Source: Candidatus Yanofskybacteria bacterium
GTDB taxonomy: Bacteria; Patescibacteriota; Minisyncoccia; 2-02-FULL-40-12; IGHO2-01-FULL-4-A
Assembly: GCA_016181175.1 (NCBI GenBank)
Contig: JACOZV010000001.1
Location: 259,519-323,518 of the forward strand
Length of the DNA stretch: 64,000 bases
Reading direction: 5' to 3'
The translations under genes and the position numbers were made by a program. Under the pieces are notes generated by a model. It did not search any database. It saw only the letters and a list, made by a program, of their open reading frames with translations, and was not told the DNA's origin. Positions 57,880 through 64,000 of this stretch are shown piece by piece. Each line of letters starts with the position of its first letter. Position 1 is the stretch's first letter.

Positions 57880-59703
57880 ATGCCGGAACAGACACAGCCA
57901 CACCCGCTGCGCAGATTTATTATTTCCCTTAAGTTATACAGGGCACACATAGGATTGGGTAGTAACGAAAAGCTTATTAAGTTTGTTGATGAGCTTGTTC
58001 AAAGTGCTGAAAGAATTGAAACAAGGCAGGAGGCATCGGGCAGATCGGTTGGGTTAAGTTTTGAGTTTTTAGATTCAGTTTGCGGTTTCCTTTATAACCA
58101 ACTGCAAAAAGTAACAGCAGAAAACAATAAAAATAAGGCCGAAGCCAATAAATTATTGGAAAACCTGAAAAGTGCCGTTGAAGAAATAAAAGCTCTTCAA
58201 CGCCCTCCCCATTCGTTTGTTTTTTTTCAGAAGTTGGAAGAAAGAGGTGGCGAATTTTGGATTCGTACAAAAGATAGTACTGCTTTAGTATTTTCAGACG
58301 AATTGGTTGAGAAACTAAAAACCGCCAAAGCGGGCCAAAAGGTTCGGCTCAACGAATCCGGTGTAGCCATAGAATTGTTGGACGAGTTTGATAAAGACGG
58401 CGACATGGTGCAAGTTCTCGAGTTGTTGGGTGACAACCGATTGAGGGTTAGCCAAGAAAATAGGGGTGAAAGCATAGTTTTTATTTCTCCTTGTGTCCAA
58501 GAGGCGGATCTCAAAATAGGCGATAAGGTTTTACTTTCGCGATATAACAATTTAGTTACTGAAAAATTGTCCAGCTCCGAAGTAACCGAACTGGTTTTGC
58601 ATAAAGTTCCTAATTATACCTGGGATGATATTGGTGGTTTGGAAGAACAAATTGGTGCGTGGCGGGACGAAGTTGAAACCAACCTGGTTGATCCCGAATC
58701 AGCCAAAATTTACGGAATTGAGCAAACGAAAGGCGTTTTAATTACCGGTCCGCCCGGAGTCGGTAAGACTTTTCTCGTAAAAGTCGCGCTTAGCGAAACC
58801 GTAAAGTTTGTTAATCAGCAAACAGGCAGAAATATCGAGGGTTTTTATATCCTTGTAAACGGTCCAGCCGATATTTTGCGCGGTATTGTGGGGGATTCGC
58901 CGCGGCGAATCCAATATCTTTTCGCTGAAGCCAAAAGAAGGGCCAAGGAAGGCCATTTGGTTTTTATAATTTTGGATGAGTTCGAATCGTTATTTAGAAT
59001 ACGCGGCTCAATGGTTTTGGATGCCGGGGTTGGCAATGAAGATGTTAACCAGTTAAATGCTGAAATGGACGGCATTGAAGAATTGGATGGCGTACTGGTT
59101 GTGGCTTTGTCAAACAGGGCTGACCTAATTGACCCCGCCGTAATCAGACCCGGCAGGTTTGATCTCAAGATAGAAATTCCGAGATATGATAAAAAAACTG
59201 CCGCCAAAGTCTTTAGCAAATACATCAAACCGACACTCAAGTTCCATCACCAATATAAAAATCAAGACCCGGAACAAACTGCAAACCTGTTTGTTAACAA
59301 CATCGTTGATCTGTGTTATGACAGTCAGAGACCAGAAAATCAGCTGGCAGAAGTCATAGATGATGACTCCGGAGAATCTATCGTGTTCACTATTGGCAAC
59401 TTTATGTCCGGAGCTTTGATTAAAAACATAGTTTCAAGGGCAAAAAAAATTGCCCGTCGCCGGTTTGTGAATATTCCCAAAGAACAAGGCGAGAAAAGAG
59501 AATTAGAAGGGCTTATGTTGGACGACTTTTTCCAATCCATTGCAATAATTATCAGAAGCGAAATTAAATTACCGACCGGCGAGCAGGCACTAGAAGAATG
59601 GCTTCAAATTGAAGGTTATCAACACAGAAAAATAAGAAGAATGCGTTTTCTTTTGGACAAGAAAGATCCGTCCCGGACACCGGAACGCAGGGTCATGTCT
59701 TAA
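57880..59703 (+). CDS. arc: Proteasome-associated AAA+ ATPase (ARC/Mpa family)
   Basis: Coiled coil plus OB-like region (LQRPP, GQKVRLNE), DIGGL..QI, GPPGVGKT, LDEFES, SNR.DLIDPA.IRPGRFD, FMSGA.I.NIV.RAK; locus context. Confidence 0.9.
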   Translation: MPEQTQPHPLRRFIISLKLYRAHIGLGSNEKLIKFVDELVQSAERIETRQEASGRSVGLSFEFLDSVCGFLYNQLQKVTAENNKNKAEANKLLENLKSAVEEIKALQRPPHSFVFFQKLEERGGEFWIRTKDSTALVFSDELVEKLKTAKAGQKVRLNESGVAIELLDEFDKDGDMVQVLELLGDNRLRVSQENRGESIVFISPCVQEADLKIGDKVLLSRYNNLVTEKLSSSEVTELVLHKVPNYTWDDIGGLEEQIGAWRDEVETNLVDPESAKIYGIEQTKGVLITGPPGVGKTFLVKVALSETVKFVNQQTGRNIEGFYILVNGPADILRGIVGDSPRRIQYLFAEAKRRAKEGHLVFIILDEFESLFRIRGSMVLDAGVGNEDVNQLNAEMDGIEELDGVLVVALSNRADLIDPAVIRPGRFDLKIEIPRYDKKTAAKVFSKYIKPTLKFHHQYKNQDPEQTANLFVNNIVDLCYDSQRPENQLAEVIDDDSGESIVFTIGNFMSGALIKNIVSRAKKIARRRFVNIPKEQGEKRELEGLMLDDFFQSIAIIIRSEIKLPTGEQALEEWLQIEGYQHRKIRRMRFLLDKKDPSRTPERRVMS

Positions 59704-59713
59704 TAAAATAAAT

Positions 59714-59743
59714 AAAACCTCGCTTTACTTGGCGAGGTTTTTT
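59714..59743 (+). terminator. Intrinsic terminator after arc
   Basis: AAAACCTCGC/GCGAGGTTTT hairpin plus T tract. Confidence 0.65.
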
Positions 59744-59789
59744 ACTTAGAGTGGTTTAATTAGTGCAGATCTTTAAAAACGAGAGGAAT

Positions 59790-61445
59790 ATGAGTATTAA
59801 AAAAATTGTTGGAATAGAAACCGAGCTAAGACTTGACTGCGTCGATCCCGAAAATGACAAAAACCGAAAGAATTCTGGAGAATTGGAAGATTACGTGCTT
59901 CCGGGGAGTGTTGTTAAAAACGCGTTGAGCCAATCTGGTGGAGTTGTCGCCGTTGGTTCCGACACGCAACCCGCAAATTTGCAAAAAAATTTGGCGATTG
60001 TGGAAAATTTAAAAAAACTTTATCCGTCGTCACAAAAAGCCATACAAGAGCATTTGGAAAACAGAAGCGCAAGAAAGCGGGACCGTGGCATATCTGAAGA
60101 AGACTGCCTTGATACATATCAAAGATTTGGCCTTTCGGGCGGTTATACGTTTTCGGGTTTTAGGATTTATGTTGATGGAACTCATCCCGAAGTGTCAACG
60201 CCTGAATGTGCCACTCCTTTTGATTTGGTTTGCCGGCAAAAAGCCGGGGAAAGGATCATAGAAGAGGGCAGAAAGAAAACCGAAGAAGAAACCGGACGAC
60301 GGATTACGCTTTCGGCTGACAACAGCGACGGTTTGGGGGGAAGCTGGGGTTCTCACGAAAATTACCTTGTAAGCGATGAGCTTTTCGAGAGCCTTACTGA
60401 GGAAGGATGCCACCGTCACGATTTTCGCAGAACCCTTAATTCATATCAGGACTTTTGGGCCTCTTTTTTGGTGACACGTTTTGTATTTTGTGGTTCTGGC
60501 AAAATGGGCAGTGAAATTGACCAGGATTTGGAAAATAAATTTTTGATTTCGCAAAGAGCGGAGTTTATAAGCTGTAATTTTAGTCATAGAACCATGGAAC
60601 ACCGTCCCATTATAAATCTGCGCGATATTCCTTATGTTGGACCCGGATTTGGCCGGAGGCTGCACGTAATAATTGGTGACTCTAACATGTGTGAACCGGC
60701 AATTTACCTAAAAGTTGGCACGGCGATGATAATGCTGATGATGTTAGAAGATAATTTTATTTCTGAAGGTTCTTTCCCTATTTTTGAAAAACCGGTTAAA
60801 GCCTTGCAAACCGTCATGTCTGACGTTGATTGCTCCAATCTCCTAGATGTCTATGTTGGCGGTCAGTTTAGACACATGACCGCGATAGATATACAGAAGT
60901 TTTTTTGCGAATTGGCGGCAAAATGGCTTGAAGAACGTTTTAAAAATACCAGCGACAAAAAATCTGTTTCTTGGGTTTCGGAAGTTTTGTTCAGATTAGA
61001 TCAAGTTTTGACCAAGTTAAAAAATGATCCCATGGATCTTTTTGGCACAATTGACTGGGTGACCAAGTATGGCTTATGTTGTTCTGAACTTGAAAACCGA
61101 AATGCTGGTTGGACAGACGTAACCTCGCGTTCGAACCCGCTATTTCGCCGTTTGATCGGGATATGCGGCGCATATCATAGGTTAGACGAACTTGGCATAT
61201 ACAATAAATTAGAAGAAGCTCAAGAAGTTGAACGTATTGTTCAGGACGTTAATATTCACATTGCTTGTCTTGAGCCGCCGCAAGGCACCAGGGCTTTTGA
61301 GAGGGGCAAATTTCTTAGACATTTCAGGGACGACATATATCTTGTAAACTGGAACCTCATTTGCATTAAACGCAATCCTTACAAAATATTTCTAAACAGT
61401 CCATATTCATTTTCACCCGCTTTAGATGTGGAGCAAGAATCATGA
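59790..61445 (+). CDS. dop: Pup ligase/deamidase family protein, Dop-like
   Basis: GIETE, YVDGTHPEVSTPEC, NSDG.G.SWGSHENYL, ISQRA.F, RPIIN.RD.P, RRLHVIIGDSNM; long Dop-loop-like insertion. The Dop versus PafA assignment is an inference. Confidence 0.75.
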   Translation: MSIKKIVGIETELRLDCVDPENDKNRKNSGELEDYVLPGSVVKNALSQSGGVVAVGSDTQPANLQKNLAIVENLKKLYPSSQKAIQEHLENRSARKRDRGISEEDCLDTYQRFGLSGGYTFSGFRIYVDGTHPEVSTPECATPFDLVCRQKAGERIIEEGRKKTEEETGRRITLSADNSDGLGGSWGSHENYLVSDELFESLTEEGCHRHDFRRTLNSYQDFWASFLVTRFVFCGSGKMGSEIDQDLENKFLISQRAEFISCNFSHRTMEHRPIINLRDIPYVGPGFGRRLHVIIGDSNMCEPAIYLKVGTAMIMLMMLEDNFISEGSFPIFEKPVKALQTVMSDVDCSNLLDVYVGGQFRHMTAIDIQKFFCELAAKWLEERFKNTSDKKSVSWVSEVLFRLDQVLTKLKNDPMDLFGTIDWVTKYGLCCSELENRNAGWTDVTSRSNPLFRRLIGICGAYHRLDELGIYNKLEEAQEVERIVQDVNIHIACLEPPQGTRAFERGKFLRHFRDDIYLVNWNLICIKRNPYKIFLNSPYSFSPALDVEQES

Positions 61446-62956
61446 AACCACTAACCAGTTTTGCATGTGAGCTGGACCGGATTTACGGTACGGAAACAGA
61501 ATACGGCCTCTATTGGAATACCAATAAAACCGACATTTTTGATTTGATGGATAGAAATTTTGCTCTATCCATTACGGATTATGAAAACCTTTTTAACTGT
61601 TTTGATAACTTAAATTTTAGTCGATTGTCCGAATTTTTTGTTCAAAATGGCGGTTTAATCAAGAAAGATAATCCAAATGATTACTGTGATTGTACGCCAG
61701 AATTTGCCACACCGGAATGTAAATCAGCCAGAGACGCGGTTTGTTGGGAAAAAGCCGGGGAAATAATAATGCGGGGCTTGTTCGATCTTTCAGGTGCGAA
61801 TAATTCTGTTTTTTTGATGGTCAAGCACGGCCGCGGCATGGCAAATTATTGGGGTTTGGACGGCACAGTAGTGGAAGTTTCTTGCGGCCATCATGAAAAT
61901 TATTCATATGACGAAGAACTTAAAGCAAGATTAAAAAAAGACAGCTGGGAATCCTGCGTATTTGTTTCGTTTCTTGCCTCGCGTATTCTATTTAGCGGAG
62001 CAGGTTGGTTGGATTCAAAAGGTTTGGGTTATAAGTTAAGTCAACGGGTTGATTTTTTAGAACAAATTAAAGGTTTGAGCACAACCGAAAAACGAGCCCT
62101 GATTTGTACTCGTGATGAACCATTGGGAACACTAAGTCCGCCACGATTGCATCTTATTGCCGGCGATCATTTAATGTCGGAAGTGGCCTTGTATTTAACC
62201 CTTGGATCCACGGGTTTGGTTGTGAGGATGTTGGAATCGGGATACGATTTTGCCGGTGTGCCAATTTTGGAAAATCCGATTTTGGCCTTGCGTATATTTA
62301 ATTCGGACCCGTTGTTAAAAAATAAGGCAATGCTTAGCGGACTCCAAAAAGAAATAACTGCTCTTGAAATTCAGGAATATTTTTGTGCCAGAGCCGGTGA
62401 GTTTATTAATTGTAACCCGTCGACTGAAGAAGAAAATGATATTGTAGCCTATTGGGCAAGCGTGCTGAAGCGTCTCAAAAAAGATATTTACTCTCTTTAT
62501 GGTGAACTCGACTGGGTTACCAAATTGTGTTTAATGGAATCTTATTTGGAAAAATACGGCATTTGTCCCGAGAGGATTAGGGAGACCAATGGTTTGCCGC
62601 TAGAAACTTTAAATTGTTGCATGAGCCTTGATCTGACATATCATTTTATCACGCCTGACGGCCTGTATAACAAACTTAAAGAAGCGGGTTTGATCAAAAG
62701 GCTTCTGTCTGACGAAGAAATAACTCATGCCGTGACCAATCCGCCGCAAGATACCAGAGCAAGAATTAGGGGAGAAATGATTCAACTTATGAAGTCTGGC
62801 AAAATAGAAGGCCGAGTTGGCAATTGGAATAGCTTTAGCTTAAGTGGTCTTCCGCCGCACCAGCGTTTGGTTAGATCCGTCATAGGCATGGAAGATCCTT
62901 TTGATTTTTATTGCAAAGTATGGCAAGATCAAAAAAGATCATTAGGCTTCTCTTAA
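61442..62956 (+). CDS. pafA: Pup ligase/deamidase family protein, PafA-like
   Basis: RIYGTETEYG, QNGG, PEFATPEC, KAGE, GHHENY, LSQR, TRDEP, RLHLIAGD..MSE, LDWVTK, PPQDTRA..RG. Confidence 0.75.
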   Translation: MKPLTSFACELDRIYGTETEYGLYWNTNKTDIFDLMDRNFALSITDYENLFNCFDNLNFSRLSEFFVQNGGLIKKDNPNDYCDCTPEFATPECKSARDAVCWEKAGEIIMRGLFDLSGANNSVFLMVKHGRGMANYWGLDGTVVEVSCGHHENYSYDEELKARLKKDSWESCVFVSFLASRILFSGAGWLDSKGLGYKLSQRVDFLEQIKGLSTTEKRALICTRDEPLGTLSPPRLHLIAGDHLMSEVALYLTLGSTGLVVRMLESGYDFAGVPILENPILALRIFNSDPLLKNKAMLSGLQKEITALEIQEYFCARAGEFINCNPSTEEENDIVAYWASVLKRLKKDIYSLYGELDWVTKLCLMESYLEKYGICPERIRETNGLPLETLNCCMSLDLTYHFITPDGLYNKLKEAGLIKRLLSDEEITHAVTNPPQDTRARIRGEMIQLMKSGKIEGRVGNWNSFSLSGLPPHQRLVRSVIGMEDPFDFYCKVWQDQKRSLGFS

Positions 62957-62967
62957 GAGGTGATGAA

Positions 62968-63150
62968 ATGTCGCAGGAAGAAAAAACCAAAAAAAGGCCT
63001 GGCGATAATCGCGAACCGCAAGAAGAATCAAGAAAAAAAGCAGAACGAGAGCGAAGATCAAAAAAGCATAAAGACATTCTTGAAGACCTTCAAGATGTAA
63101 TAGGTGAAACGGAAAAACAAAGGCAGAAGGGCCGCAAGGGCGGTCAGTAA
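62968..63150 (+). CDS. pup: Pup/UBact-like protein modifier, 60 aa, C-terminal GGQ
   Basis: GAGGTG RBS; charged low-complexity N-terminus, amphipathic DILEDLQDVI, ending RKGGQ; lies between ligase-family genes and prcB. Confidence 0.85.
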   Translation: MSQEEKTKKRPGDNREPQEESRKKAERERRSKKHKDILEDLQDVIGETEKQRQKGRKGGQ

Positions 63151-63173
63151 AGCGGATTTAATCCGCTTTTTTT
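63150..63173 (+). terminator. Intrinsic terminator after pup
   Basis: AAGCGGATT/AATCCGCTT plus T tract; followed by TTGACT-18 nt-TAAACT. Confidence 0.6.
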
Positions 63174-63241
63174 CTTGACTTCAGCATGGTATCTAGGATA
63201 AACTTTTAGCAACTTGCTGTTTGAAATTTATAGGGGATATT

Positions 63242-64000
63242 ATGGAATTTCTAACCGCCGAAGAGGTTTTTGATAAATCTAGTGCTGAAGCGTTTAAGGG
63301 GTTAAATGATACAAATGGCGTCAGTATTGCTGACATTGGAAAGTTTTTATTGCACGGCACGACTGATTTAGCCATTCTTTTTGAGAGCGGGATAGTGTTA
63401 GCTACAGACGGCCGAGCCGCCGGACAAGATATGCATATCGGAGATGAATTTTTTGACAAAACATGCATGCTTGATAGTCACTCCCTGATTGCAATTTCTG
63501 GCGTTCCCGGGCTGGGTTTTTCCATGGCGAAACTAATAAGAGCAAGATTCATGTTTTCAGCAATGGACCACGAAAACCTTCCGCTTCCTGCCGAGACCAA
63601 AGCCAATGTCGTTGCCGCAAGCATCAGGGATAATTTGGGTTTGGTGTTAACTCACAAACTGGTTGTTCAGCCAATTTTGGCAATTTTTGATTTAAGTGAA
63701 TCCAAACCGTGCGGTAAAATTTTTAGCATCTGGATTGACGGAACGGTGCAAAAAGGAAACCGCTACGTTACTTGCGGTTCTGGCGGTCAAGTCGCGGACG
63801 TTGTTCTGGACCTGGCCCTTAACGTTATAAAAAAGAAACCGGACCAACTTTCACTCCAGGATGCCCAACATCTAGCGGTCTTAGCGCTTGAGTATGCCCA
63901 CAAAAGAGATGCGGCCACCGGAGGAAAGATATTTATGCGCGTTATTACCAAACACGGCGTAGAGTCCGTTTCGGAAGAAGAGATAAGCGGGTTTAGCGAA
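63242..64000 (+). CDS. prcB: 20S proteasome beta subunit (runs off the window end; absent from the ORF track)
   Basis: Manual translation: 39-aa propeptide ending LLHG, then TTDLAI..GIVLATDGR..FDK, CGSGG, RDAATGG. Confidence 0.92.
   Translation, partial: MEFLTAEEVFDKSSAEAFKGLNDTNGVSIADIGKFLLHGTTDLAILFESGIVLATDGRAAGQDMHIGDEFFDKTCMLDSHSLIAISGVPGLGFSMAKLIRARFMFSAMDHENLPLPAETKANVVAASIRDNLGLVLTHKLVVQPILAIFDLSESKPCGKIFSIWIDGTVQKGNRYVTCGSGGQVADVVLDLALNVIKKKPDQLSLQDAQHLAVLALEYAHKRDAATGGKIFMRVITKHGVESVSEEEISGFSE

Noticed and set aside
62911-62967. 79-aa version of the Pup-like ORF, and extended N-termini at 30335, 39190, 39818 and 56111
   Set aside because: The extensions overlap upstream genes or repeat elements; RBS position and motifs favour the downstream starts.
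1-64000. CRISPR array
   Set aside because: No run of direct repeats with unique spacers; the repeats are dispersed palindromes and no cas operon is present.

Overview
A ~40% GC bacterial chromosome segment in genetic code 11. Gene content and architecture suggest Patescibacteria/CPR, probably Parcubacteria (inference). 1-32.4 kb is a large surface-glycan/nucleotide-sugar region: three radical SAM enzymes, GT2s, methyltransferases, a TPP enzyme, PanB, a GmhA-like isomerase, a YfhO-like protein, an O-antigen-ligase/TPR protein, gmd, a WcaJ-like transferase, ugd and an epimerase. 32.4-57.8 kb is mostly housekeeping: murB, hpf, secA, secD/secF, a cyclophilin, nucleases, a TraG/HerA-like ATPase, tRNA-Lys, uvrB, ruvA and a FemAB-family gene. 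57.9-64 kb is a Pup/UBact-proteasome locus: ARC ATPase, two Dop/PafA paralogs, a 60-aa modifier ending GGQ and a proteasome beta subunit. The most unusual signal is non-coding. (i) Several families of small inverted-repeat elements, two carrying a minimal GIY-YIG nuclease, share RYCCMG termini and often a 2-bp target duplication. They sit at start codons, at TTGAC boxes or in frame inside proteins, and their ends rebuild the interrupted signal. (ii) A five-copy structured repeat shows covarying stems. (iii) An interrupted tRNA-Lys gene has an inserted palindromic element that carries a complete second tRNA-Lys. No database searches were run; all calls come from motif reading and manual alignment.
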